Shown here: one piece after another, positions 51,739 through 64,000 of the stretch
Layout: each line of letters opens with the position of its first letter
Numbering within the stretch: the first letter of the stretch is position 1
Source of the DNA: Blasia pusilla
Lineage: Eukaryota
Direction: 5' to 3'
Assembly (NCBI GenBank): GCA_050084515.1
Contig: CM114271.1
Location: 33,232,001 to 33,296,000 of the forward strand
Length of the DNA stretch: 64,000 nt
Translations under genes and position numbers: made by a program
The notes under the pieces: model-generated
What the model was told of the DNA's origin: nothing
The model's database searches: none
The model's input: the letters and a program-made list of their open reading frames with translations, nothing else

Positions 51739-52975
51739 GTGTACTACTGGGCACTAGGCAACTATATGGACTACAATCTGAGAATGGAAGAAGGGCTACC
51801 CCACGGGAATAAGCTAGAACACAGGACCTGCAACGAGCTTGAGAACTTCTCGAGGAGAAGTTGCGGCGGCTGCACGGCTTGGAAAGGCCCTTGTTAATGT
51901 AGGCAATCTACGAAGCACCAGAGCAAACCGATGTAGACTTGCTAAGGAAAAAAAATAAGAAATACATCCCGGCTGCCTGAAAGAACACAGTCCGAGAACA
52001 TTGGAGGGCAGCAGCCTTTCCAAGAATCACGGACTTGCCACACATTGAGCGGCCCCCACCTCAATCCCTAGCAGCAAAGCTACCAAGCCCACCGAAAATG
52101 ACCAAGCCAAGGTTGCCAAGCAGCAATGCGAGTAGCAAGCTTGCAGGATTGGGTAGCACAATAGCAGCAAGATGGAGCGCTAGGAGCGGAGCTACAAAAG
52201 ATTTTGCAAAAGGAGAACTAGAGGTGAGAGACAAGCACTGGAGCAACAACGCGAATGATGTCTGTGAAGGGCAGAAACGTGAGCACCGAGCGGCGAGCTT
52301 GCATTATCCAGCAGTAGTAGCAACAATACGAAGCACTGGAATAGCAATGCAAAACTTGGGGAGAGACGGCCACTCGGGCAAGGAGAATGGCAGAAATACG
52401 AGCGGCGAGAGCAGCGAGGCAGAGCAGCGAGGCGGAGCAACGAGGCACAACAGTGAGACAAAGGATTGGGAGCGGAGACTCCACAAGTGGAGAACATGCA
52501 AATGAGGCCCCTAAGGAGTATGCCACTTCTACTTCCAACCATCCGATTCAGATCGGACGGCTGTGCTTAGTGTGCCCTAAATGAGAGGACGGTCTAGATC
52601 CAACCGTCTCCCCCTTAGCGAATCCTGAGCGTCACTCCATCACTCATACTTTTCCGACAGCCAGCACTCTAGGCGGCCAAAAATTGTCTGCCGATAGTAG
52701 CACTCCAGCCAATAACCAGTTTCCCTACCCAGATAGTGCCACTTTCCGACGTCTTCGTGGCAAGAAACAGTCAAATTCTGGCGCCTGGTCGGCTCGCCTG
52801 ACAGTTACCGGTATCTACCCAATTTCACCAAGAACTGCTGCTGGGAAGTTCTTTTGCTGGTCAAAATTTTCAAAAAATTGCCGGCCGGGGCTACTCATTA
52901 CCCCAGATCCCTCCGAACATTGTTCAAGAAGTGGGGAAGGGCTCCATAGGGAGCCGTACAAGGTGGGGGCCGTCA

Positions 52976-53165
52976 ACGGTTGATGATCAGTGATAAGTGT
53001 GAAAGGGTTGCCGAATAAATAACACCTGAAATGTGCCATGACCCACACTGCAGCCAAGCACTCTTCCTCATAAGAAATGTACTTCACCTCTGGAATGTTG
53101 TTTGATCAGCTCGCGTAAGCCACAACGAACTCCCTCTCCTCGTCATCCTTCTAAGTAAGCACTGA
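52976..53165 (-). pseudogene. Inverted RNase H fragment of the Gypsy family
   Basis: SYEEECLAAVWVMAHFRCYLFGNPFTLITDHQPL; antisense homolog of ~55419-55610. Confidence 0.88.
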
Positions 53166-53689
53166 ACGTCAAGGAAGAGGAGCGCAAGTGCCTGAGTTGG
53201 GGTACGGTTGGAGAGAGGATAGGTCATTAGCGCGCAATTGGGGAAGCGGGGGTAGCCGAGACACGAAAGTAGGGGCATGTATTTTGGTAAGGCAGGAAGA
53301 AGAGAGAGAGTCAGGCTGATGGCATAGGGAGTTGTGTCGCTCCCACGTGGAAGGTGAAGGGCGTCCATAGGGACGCGTGAAAGGAGTGTGAAGGAATAGC
53401 AAGATGTTCGTGGAATGGAATCCAGGCTCCATAGGGAGCCCTGTAGAGCCATTATGGCTACGAGATATGTGTCCTAGTACGGTGGTACCTCATAGGTACG
53501 TGAAAAGGAGGTGCGCACGTTAAGGCGCATAAGGATGAGAGAGGGCGCCTGTAAAGCCCATGAGCAGGGTTAAGAGTTTGGGGCTAAGCGGGGTTGGACG
53601 GTGGGAAGACAAGCATGCTCCAAGGTTGGTATAAGGGCGTGGTACGAGAAGAGCAGCCAGGTGGAGTGACTCAATAAATATGGAAATGA

Positions 53690-53987
53690 ACGTAGGACAT
53701 ATATATATTTTTATATCCCAATAACATTAAAAAACACGTTATCATTGGAGCATGAGATCACAAAAACACACTAGTTGTTATTTATGACTTTGTATTACTA
53801 GGCAAGTGAAAGAAGTACGACTAGTCTTTACGAAAGGGTATTGGTAACTACTTTAGAAATAAGTACATGACTAGGTGAGTTGTGCAACCTTAAATTTTAG
53901 GACTAAACCATTTTAGTCATACTTTGAGTCATTCTTTCGGCAAGTCATTTAAAGCCTAGTCATAAAATCCACACAATTCTTCTAGTG
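53690..53987. mobile_element. CACTA terminal fragment
   Basis: Ends CACACAATTCTTCTAGTG; agtcat subterminal motifs as in the large CACTA. Confidence 0.75.
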
Positions 53988-54305
53988 ATGGATAGTTAAC
54001 CTTGGTATGGTTGAGCAGAGACGGATGCGAGTGTCATCCATGTGTCACGTCCACGAGTCGGAGCATTGCCTATAGGGTTTTTATAGGCATTGGCTGGGGG
54101 AGGGACGAGGAGAGATAGGCACCCATGGACTTCTTGGGACGTGGTTTGAGCAGAGAGTGCGAAGGCAGCAAGAGCAACACACGTTCATTTTTTGGATGTG
54201 GAGCATGGTGTAGGAGGTCAGAGTGGAGTGGTTGTTGTGGAGGTGGCTAGGACTGCTACATAGCAACCAAAGCCGGAGGTTACGTCCTCTCTAAGTGAGG
54301 TCACG

Positions 54306-57300
54306 ATGGAGACTTGGGAGCCCGTGATAGGTCTCAAGTTGACAAGAGGAGAGCGACGGCAGGCTCATAGATTTTTGAGAGGGCATGTCAGTTGTTTTGC
54401 CTTTAGTATGAGAGACTTGGGTATACTGAAGGGTCCTCGGATACGGAATGAGTTGGCTAGTGATACGCCGATATGTCGTCGACCCTACAGGTACTTTGAT
54501 ATGGAGCGAGCCTTGATTCAGAACAAGATTCAAGACTTGTTGGAGGCACGACTTGTGGAGTTATCGCATGGGGAATATCCAACTGCCACAGTCATGCCAA
54601 AAAAGAAGGATATATATGGCAATTGGACGGATAGGCGGATGTGTGGAGATTACCGTCCTATCAATCGACAGACGAGTTCAGATCAGTACGCCATGCCTAC
54701 TCCTGAGGAGATCTTTGATGCAGTAGGGCATGCAAAGATCTTATGTACTTTGGATCTCCGTTCTGGCTATCATTAGCTTCCTATAAGGTTGGATGACAAG
54801 GAGAAGAAAACATTATAGGGGATAGATCGGTTTGGGAGAGATTGTTTGTATCAATGGCAGTTCTTACCATTTGGGTTGAAGAATGCACGTGCGGAGTTTC
54901 AGAGAGTGATTGATAGCATTCTGGCTAGCTTGGATTTTGTATGATGTTACATAAATGATATTCTTATCTTTAGTTCCACGGTTGAGGAGCATGAGCGACA
55001 CCTGGAGGAGGTGTTTTAGCAATTGCAGTAGCATGGACTGAAGTTACATCCTGGCAAGTGCAGATTCTTTTAGGAGCACATTGAGCACTTAGGGCACACC
55101 ATGTACTCAAGCTGGTTAGGTGTTCAAAAGACAAAGATAAAGGCTATTGCGCAAATTCCACGCCCTACAGATATGAGTCAAGTTTGAACATTTCTGGGAT
55201 TGGAAAACTTCTATCAACGGTATGTCAAGGATTTTAGTGCGATCGTGAAGTCTTTGACCTTGCTAATGAGACTTTATTAGGTTTGGCTATGGGGAGATGA
55301 TCAGGAGCGAGCATTTCAGGAGCTCAAGGATAACTTGCCTTCCTCACCCATTTTACAGAGACCGATTAGGGGTCGCCCATTCTAGCTCATACAGATTGGA
55401 GCATGTTGGGTCTAGGAGCAGTGCTTACTCAGAGGGATGATGAGGAGAGGGAGTTGGTTGTGGCTTACGCAAGCCGATCGAAGAACATTGCAGAGGCGAA
55501 GTAAAACTCCTACAAGGGAGAGTGCTTAGCTGAGTGTGGGTTGTGGCACACTTCAAGTGCTATCTATTTGGCAACCCTTTCACACTTATCACTAATCATC
55601 AGCCGTTGAAGTGCTTGATGGAGTCCGACAAGCTTACGGGAAAGCTTGCCAGGTGGGCTCTATTACTACAAGAGTATGAGTTTGAGGTGGTTCAAAGGCC
55701 AGGTCGGCTGAACTAGGATGCGGATGGGTTGAGTCATAACCCATGTCTGAGTCACAAAGACAATACAGGAGCTCGATGGCACAGAGAGAGTGATGAGGAG
55801 ATGGTGCCCAGTTGGCATGCATCTGCCTATCTTTTTTGGTTGACTATGGCAGGTCAGCCCCAGGTGGTGACTCTAGTGGTGGGGCCAGATGATGAGTTTT
55901 TGGATCCGGAGGTTAGTGAGGAGGCGACAGGTAGTCATGATATCCATGACGACGAGGAGGTTGTGAAGTTCTTGCATATTGGTGTCATAGTAAGCACAGT
56001 GAGTGTTAGGGAGCAGGATCGGATTCTAGGAGAGCAACTTCATCCTTCCCATCGAGCACGTGTAGTGCGACATGAGGAGTTGGGGAATTTTGGAGTAAAG
56101 CGTACTTACAACTTACTTCAGGTTTAGTATTGGTGGGGCGGCATGCATACTGGGGTACAAAAGTTTGTAGCCAGATGTATGGTATGTGATCGAGTGCGAG
56201 CATCCTTCAATGTTGCCACTTCGGAATTACATCCTTTTCCGATTATGGATTTAGATTATCGGTGGAGTTTAGACTTTGCGAGACCTTTGACATTGACAGG
56301 GCGTCATCACAGATACATGTTGATCATGGTGGAGCATATCTCCAAGTGGATAGAGTTGGTAGCACTACAGGACGAGGCGAGCAAGGGAAAATCTTATGCA
56401 TTTCTAGATCATGTGCTTAGTCACTTTGGTGCACCAATGGAGATGTTGATCGACGAGTGCGTCACGATATTGATCGAGTGCGTGCACCGAATTCAAAATA
56501 CGTCTGAGTTTTAGGCCTTGTGTGATTATGCGTTGATAGATCACTGCATTACGTCTAGAGATCATCTTGAGGCGGATGGGTTGGCAGAGAGAGTAGTACA
56601 GACGGTGAAGAGAGGATTGCGCAAGTATGGCTTGCAGCAAGGATAGTTGAGGAGTGGGACCTACAGTTGCCATGGTTGGCTATGGGTTATCGCTTCAGTC
56701 GACAGGCATCCTTGGGGTCATTTTCATTGTACTTTTTGCTCTTTGGGAGAGAGCCAAATTTACCTGCAGCTATTTGACGTGACATAGCGGAGGTGGTAGA
56801 TCTTGATGATCCAGATGTGTGGGTACAAGCATGTTCTTAGAGGGTGGAGATTTTTTGTAGAGTTATGCCCATGGCCTTTGAGAAATTAGCTATTGCTCAG
56901 CATAGGGATACATTGAGGTACGCAACCATTCGTGGAGGAGGTTATCGTCCAGGGATTAGGAGGTTTTATCTTAGAGATTACGTCTATTTATAGCATGTGG
57001 CATCCATGATGCTAGGTGTTACTGTAGGGGGCACGATTCTACGTGTGCACGAGGTGTTATCGATCGGGGTCCTCATGTTGGAGGGACGGGATGGTATGGT
57101 TTGGAAGGATCATGTGCGCAACTGTGCACATGTCACCTTCCAGACGTGGACGGTGAGTGGATCTGAACTTCGTAGTGGTACCTACGGGCTTGAGGTGTAT
57201 GTTGTGTGGATCTACGAGGGATGTAGCCACCATGTTGGTATGTGATGGTCGTTCTCGAGGGTGGCATATATCATGTCTGACCGACCCCCCCTCTTGATTT

Positions 57301-57340
57301 CGTTCCCATGGGACGATGGATATGTTTGAGATGTATATAG
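54306..57340 (+). pseudogene. RT-RNaseH-integrase-PHD of element 2 (degenerate)
   Basis: RRMCGDYRPIN, TLDLRSGYH, LPFGLKNA, YINDIL, TDWS, ITNHQPL, HEELG..CMVC, RWSLDFA; PHD LRCMLC...MLVCDGRSRGWHISCL at ~57190-57340. Confidence 0.93.
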
Positions 57341-58178
57341 GGTAGTAGATCATGTTAGAGAGATGTGATATCTGCTATCTGGAGTTGGGGGGATACAACT
57401 ACTAGTTAGGGGGGCGGTTTTGTGATCTCGATATATATGTGTGAGTTGATTTTTTGTACTTGTGTGGATCTATCCTTATGTTGGGGAAGATCAATGTTAT
57501 GTGGTGTGGATATGACTAGCAATATGTATTGTGTAGCGATGTGTATGCGCATGACAGTTGTCACATGTGAGTAGCCGTTATATGTTTGCTGGCCCTCTAT
57601 CGAGGCGACGGCATAGAGGGCCAGCAAACTATCGTGAGTATAACTTCATCGTGAGCTGTCAGATGGGATTGAGTATAGTTCCATTGTGTTAGAAACGTTG
57701 TTTCAGACAAGCTTCCTTTCAAGGTCTTTCATAGCCAAGTGACTTGTTCAGCAGGTTCCTTGCTCTTGGTAACTTGTGCACGCTGGTTACTAGGAGGGTT
57801 GTTAACTTTAGGGGAGGAGCCTTTTGGCTCTTCCCACACCTATATATAGGAGAGAGACGTCTTTCCCAAGCCATCTTTCTCATGTTGGGCCATTGGAGTA
57901 CCATTCTTGCTCGTGTGTGTGAGTTAGGACTGGGTGCTAGCGTCTGGATTCCTTGATAGCACAGGCTGGACGAGGCTCAATATGTTGATGTAGATTGAGG
58001 AGTTTTAGGCCAAGTGTATCGTTTTAATACTTATTTTTGTTTTTTGATCTCGATATATATGTGTGAGTTTATTTTTTGTACTTGTGTGGATCTACCCGTA
58101 TGTTGGGGAAGATCCGTGTTGTGTGGTGTGGATGTGACCAGCGATATGTATTGTGTAGCGATGTGTATGCGCATGACA

Positions 58179-58690
58179 TGTGTAAAAAAGTTCAGCTGTA
58201 GATGAATAATTTTTGAGCTTTAGGTCACAAATCCATTTTTCTTGAAACTTTGGAAAAGAGCTACACGTACCTTGGGGATCATGTGTACCAAAGTTTAGCT
58301 CAAGTTTACGTACTTGAACTTGATGGAAAATGAAAAGACCTTCTTTTCATTGAAGGTTTAATGGTGTAGGTCAAAAACTGAGTTAACAATTGTTGAGCTT
58401 TTGGTTACAACTCCATTTTTCTTGAAACTTTTCAAGAGATTTACATATACCTTGGGGATCATGTGTGCCAAATTTCAGCTCAAGATGAGATACTTGGACA
58501 AGATGGGAAATGAAAAGATCTTCTTTTCATTGAAGGTTTAAGGGTGTTGGTTCAAAAAATAAGTTAATAATTTTTGAGCTTTTGGTCACAACTCCATTTT
58601 TTTTGAAACTTTGCAAGAGAGCTGTATCCAAGAATTTCTTGTATGAGATAGTTGGAAAAGATGAAAAATGAAAAGATCCAATTTTCATAG
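58179..58690. repeat. ~180-bp tandem repeat, right part (~2.5 copies)
   Basis: ttgagctttt(a)ggtcacaa recurs at 58213, 58393 and 58574. Confidence 0.88.
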
Positions 58691-59391
58691 GGGTCTAGTA
58701 TTCTGGTAGGAGAGAGTAAGAGAGGATAGTCTCTCTTGAAGAAAAAAGCCAAAATCCTTAACCTCTCTTCAAAACTTTCCACGATTTTTAAATTTTCTTC
58801 TCTACTTCAAATGCAAGAATTTTTTTGAAGAGAGTAAGAAGTGGACAATGTTGGGCCAGGTTGGGACACAAACTAACATCATTTTTAACACCAAGATGTG
58901 AAGATGGAATAGTGGAGACCACTTCAAATATGCTAAAATCACTCTCTATGTAGGCTAGTATTGTTGGGTAGGATGGTATCTCATTAATGCAGATCCATCA
59001 GATGGGATTTTTTCACTACATAACTAATCAAAGCCGTTCAAAATAAACTTTGACTATGGGATCTAGCCCAAGACTCTCACTAATGCACATCCATCAGACG
59101 GGTTTTTCTCTCTCAATGATGATAGTCTTGGAGATAAAGGAATTGAAAAAGATGACATGTGATTTGGTGAGTTTGGTAGAATGTGTAGGATTGCAATATT
59201 GCCAACAAGACTTAGAAATACCCCAAGGCCACAAATGAGTTAGAAGACTTGGCTCAAGAATGGGTACATGGATTCGTTAGGAGGCTGATGGGGATTTTGC
59301 AACTGTGTTTAAACACACACGTCAGAAGTAAAGCAAGCCATCAAGAATGCCTAAAAGGAAGGATTGAGAGGAAATGAGAAGCAATCAGCCA

Positions 59392-60160
59392 ACCAACCTG
59401 TCAAAATTAGACAAGTTGCTAGACGTCAGAAGTCAAGAAAAGCTAGTGACGTAACTAGTGAAGAAAGAGAATGAAATGAATAGAAGGCAATCATCTTGAC
59501 ATGCAACATGTCGGAATCTGATAGGTTGCATGACAAGATGTAAGAAAAAGGTGGTGAGAAAAAATAAAGAATGAAAGGTTACTATAGACACTACGAGCAA
59601 CCTGTCGGAATTAGACATGTTGTTAGACACGACCATTGTAAGATTCTACTAAAACCTTGAAAGAAATAAGAACATAACATACATGTGAAATGCAGGAAAC
59701 TCCGAGGTTCCATTCAAACATGCAATCTATCTGAATCCGACAAATTGCAAGACTTATGAAAGAAAAATGGAACATCCATATGCAAGGAAGCAGCGAGGTT
59801 CCATCCATTCAGACATGCAACCCGTTGGAATCCGACAGGTTGCAAGACAAGAGACGAAGAAAAACCAAAAATAAACATAACTCATCATGAGTCATCACGG
59901 GTAAGAAAAACAAAGGAAGTAGGACAACAAATAGACTACTTGCAAGCTATTGATATCCGAGGGGTAGCAAGATAGGAAAACTGCAAAATTTCAAGAACTT
60001 CACATCCATATGAAGAAATGATAGGAAATCTACATTCAGACATGCAACCCATTGGAATCCAACACATTGCAAGAATAGATTATCAGAGATAAAATCCAAA
60101 CACCATACATAGAAGAGCATAATTTGAATTTTTGACTTGTCAAAATCAGACGAGTTGCAA
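59392..60160. repeat. Array of 8 degenerate 29-bp palindromes spaced ~90-125 bp apart
   Basis: Consensus TGCAACCTGTCGGA-A-TCCGACAGGTTGCA at ~59392, 59502, 59596, 59721, 59816, 59941, 60043 and 60131. Confidence 0.8.
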
Positions 60161-62559
60161 AACGCTAGCAGTGTGAGAAAAAATCTTGGATTCAAAGAAC
60201 CCAAGTTTCAATCTATGGGAAACTAACTGATAGCGCAAAAAAAATGCAATAGTACAGCCACAAAAGTTTGAGAAACACATTTAAAGTCGTTTCTTGAAAT
60301 CCATTTGTAATTCCGATATTTACATTGGATTTTCTGAACTACAAACTCAAGTCTATGATCTCTTCTGTCTCGTCATCTACAAAAATGTTCCTAACTCTCA
60401 TCGGTTCCTCTAAAAATGACTTCATGGGGCTAACTAGTGGCTCCTCTTGACGATTGTAGAAGGGGATTGAGAAAGAATGGGAACTTAAGAGTCTTGTCCC
60501 CCTAGGTGCTCCATATCGGTCTCATGTCACTCGAGATATATCCCAACGCCTACCCCGACAGGTTATCTTATATACTCTGCAGAGTTATACCCATCTAGAA
60601 TCAATATGTGTTGCTCCGCCTAAAACTACTACTACCCCACTCCAAAACACGTGAAAACTAACAAACCACTGCACTCACTCGTCATCATGAGAGAGCTCCT
60701 CCAAAATCATCATAGACTTTGCTCGTTCGATTTTTGGAATCACAGGTAGTGGCAATGGTGTAAGACCATTTGGCTAGAAGGTTGGAGAGGATTTTAAAAA
60801 TTAAGAGGATATCAAGGAAATATTAACAAAAAATCTTAATTTTCTAGATTTTTGGTTTGATTGTAAGAGGCATGTAATAAAAACATACTAACAACACATC
60901 TGTCTTCCATACAAAGATTTTGTTGCACAGATCTAAAAGGAAGGTATGACACACTTGATATTCTAACGAGGGAGCTTTTACTTTGAGCGGTGGTGCAAGG
61001 TGTAGTCCACCAATGGGAAAGAAAGATTTCTTTGAATGGGCAGTGTGAATAGTTTTTATTTAAGCTTGGGCACTTAGTTGTACAAGCATCCACCTTATAT
61101 CCAATAACCACATAAACTACTAACCTACATTTATATGAGTGCAAGTTTGAATTGGATCATAAGTGAATTATAAAACAATCACTACTTAGAACAAACCATG
61201 AACTTTGTAGATGCAAAACACACAATGAGAATGTATTGCCCAAAAGACCCCATCGAGCATGTCGGTTTACGAGCATATCAGCTTAAACCACCTACTATTG
61301 GCCTAGTTACTTGCGTGATTGGCCACATTTCTATATGCATGTTAGTTGTTTTCAATACTTTCTTACTTCTAAAAATATTTTCACTAGCAAACCATATGAT
61401 TTCTATCTCCTCACAAGATTCAGTTCTACACCTGATCAATAAAACCACAATCCCTTTTTTAGACAAGTGGTTAACTTGCAAACAGGAGCTTGTAGAGGTA
61501 GCCTTCATTGTGAATATATGTTTTTATCTAAGGAAAACAATGATTGAAGTGACACTTGCCTATGGTCCACACTTGGTAAAATAGCCTTGTTGTCACTATG
61601 TTGGAATTTCACATTAGTATAACCTAGAAAATAACCCATTTCCAACTCTACTTCCATGACATTGATATAGCGTAGTGTACCCGATGTATTTTCCATCACT
61701 AGTTCTAGACTTCCATGACCACCTTTTGAGTTTTTCAACGACAGAATACAGTGAAATCACAATCACAACAATAGTTGAGGAAATGTTTAAGAGTACAAAC
61801 TCCCAACGGCCTATGATAGTGAAAGCATAAAATGAAATTAAAAGAAATTTTCTTTAAGAGGAGGCATATCCTACAATAAATCTTGACACAAATTCTGCCT
61901 CACATGAGGTTTATCCCAATTTCAAGGCTTCATATATATTTCATATTCGGTTGCCATAAAATTGGATGGGAACACAACTAAACTCTTGCGCCTTGTGTAA
62001 TGACAGGGATGAAACGTTATCGTGTCGAGAGCCTTTCTTCGAGTAAGGGCAGGCCTTCTAGCTGCGGGAGACGCGGTCGATGCAAGATGAATTCTCTGAG
62101 AAGATCTCCTTTTTCAATATAAAATTATTAAGTATACTCTCCATTTTCTCACGACAGGTATCACAAATGGAAGTGCCGAGGCGATCACTTCTTCGTAACA
62201 TCGGATCCCGAAATTCCTAACTATAAAATCCCTATAAACTATTTAACGCTTGTATACGAGGAAGATAGCACAACTAGTATTAAACCCTACTTGAGCAGGC
62301 CTATTGACGTCCATAGATCACCATATAAGGACATAAAAGTACAATCCCATGTCCTTCCATATGCGACGATAGGAAGGATCACCGGAGTTGAAGATTGAAT
62401 GACCTGGTTCATGAACGCCTCCCCAAAGTGATAAACCAAATAGCGAGTGAACCAGTGCCTATCTACAAAGAGTATCTTGACATGGTATGGATTAAGGAAA
62501 GGAAATTTGGGCACAACTCGTGCTCCACCCCTATCCATGCTTGACAGATATTCTCTACT

Positions 62560-63266
62560 CTCCTCAAGAATGGGTTTTGGCGGAGTTATTCTCCCAAGAG
62601 GGGTAATCCACTCTCATTTGGGAAGTAACAAGCCAAAAAATTCACTATTTTAGTATGACTAAACTCCTCTAAGGTGACAAACCTCTCATCTCCACACACA
62701 CACCACACTCTAGAAACCTCTCGAAGAATAGACCATGGTCAAGTTACTCTCCCAAGAGGGATGATCCACTCTCATTGGAAGAGCAAGCAATCCCAAAGTC
62801 ATATACTCAAGAGTGACACGAAAGACTCAAGATGTAGAATAGAAGGTGATCAACCCTTGAAGGTCCCTCCTCTTTCTTTATATACTCACAAGGGATCCAC
62901 AAGAGTACGAAATAGAGCTAATCTTATCTTGTGCCATATGGCTTCCTCTCAAGGCTTAGCCAATCACATTTTGACATAAGTAGATTTCCTCTTATCTCTT
63001 CCAAAATATCCTCTTTTATCCACTTGATATTTTCCAAATTACCCCAACTACCTTAGCCACCTACCAAGACTATTTTTGCTTTTCATTAAAGCAACTACTT
63101 TACTTTTATACAATCATCTTTTATTTATTACCTCTTTTTCCTAAAGTTGGGCCCGTAGAAAAGAGGCACCTTAAAGAGGCTTAAACATAAGAATTACCTT
63201 TTTCTAAGCCAATTTACTTAATACTAATAAAACTCTATCTAACACTTAATAAAGAAGGGGTTTACA
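62560..63266. mobile_element. Possible LTR remnant
   Basis: Ends GGGGTTTACA, a typical LTR terminus; internal duplication ctcccaagaggg.t.atccactctcatt; 5' end undefined. Confidence 0.35.
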
Positions 63267-63269
63267 CAC

Positions 63270-64000
63270 TGGTTGATTTTACTATACAACAATGTGTAGT
63301 CACTACTTGGTCTCGTGCACAAAATTCACACCACACAATGATAGAGCATATAATGATATTGCTAAGTTGGTAACACCATAATTTCCCAACACATTCAGTA
63401 GCCTAGATTCATTTCCCAAAGTTATTGTAGTGGTAAGTACTCAAGGCTCAAGTTTGATGAACATCATTACTTGCACCATAGCATCTTTATTTCTCACATT
63501 AGACTTGACCACGCATATCTCTTTGCTCACAAGTTATTGAAGCTCTCCAAATTCATGGCTAGATTGAATCTGATTGAGATTCCCAAATTAGGACATAGTT
63601 GTGTTAAGTCTCATTGAATATCACTAGGCACAAAGGATCTCTTAAGTGCAAAGGACCTCTTAGGTGATTTGTTGGTTCTTTCTTCAATTCATTGATAAAT
63701 CTACATAGCTAAGTCCCGTGGCCCTATGGGATCCCCATGGACAATATATATATTAATTCATTCATTCTCTCTTAAGCTCAAAAGGTTCCAAAGGATGTAA
63801 CAGCTGGTCACACCAGTATTGTTTGGTCAGCACTCACACTATGACAAACACTACTACTTGAGTACAGTCTCTCTCTTGCACAAAGGCGATTAGGGTTCTC
63901 TAGTTTGTCCTCACACATAACCTCAAGGTGCAAGATGGAGAAGAGTGATCAGGTTTTTGATAGCATGGATCTCCATATGTCCCTCCTCAAAGAGGTCATG
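63270..64000. repeat. Repeat related to CACTA-internal 44230-44850
   Basis: Shared tgatattgctaag.t.gtaa.ac...aacacattcagtagcctagattcatt. Confidence 0.65.

Larger units (their letters stand above)
48081..58178 (+). mobile_element. Second, rearranged copy of the PHD-integrase Gypsy family (element 2), interrupted by hAT and CACTA pieces
   Basis: B1 remnant 48081-48206 matches ~57916-58038 and ends CTTATTTTTACA; RT-RH-IN-PHD at 54300-57340; A1 57417-57556, GT, B2 57559-58038, A2 58039-58178. Confidence 0.85.

Noticed and set aside
51814-52983. Cluster of short GC-rich ORFs
   Set aside because: No recognisable motifs; lies in the 5' non-coding/subterminal region of the hAT.
59392-60160. CRISPR array
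   Set aside because: Eukaryotic context, degenerate repeats, long and mutually related spacers, no cas genes.
60836-62538. Several 76-128 aa ORFs
   Set aside because: Could be decayed TE coding sequence, but I cannot assign a family from the sequence alone.

Overview
Eukaryotic, TE-rich land-plant-type DNA; a non-seed plant is likely but this is an inference. There are two host genes. One is an intron-containing organellar Der/EngA double-GTPase (~15424-19930, +). The other is a very long secreted chimera of an 8-Cys (LTP/prolamin-fold) domain and a Ser-Pro extensin-like domain (23006-28609, +, with frameshifts). The rest is mostly nested transposons: a 12.4-kb CACTA (TIRs, AGA TSD) inside a BED/hAT transposase, a ZNF862-like hAT, LTR fragments and repeats. 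The most notable system is a degenerate Ty3/Gypsy-type family present in two divergent copies (2988-12137 minus; ~48081-58178 plus). Its polyprotein order is Gag-PR-[DNMT3-like C5 methyltransferase]-RT-RNaseH-DDE integrase-PHD finger; the DNMT is seen only in copy 1. Instead of two normal LTRs, both copies show split direct repeats (B...ORFs...A-B-A) with an internal CA-NN-TG end-to-end junction and no visible tRNA PBS. That layout is known from tyrosine-recombinase PAT/Ngaro elements and is not expected in a DDE-integrase element.
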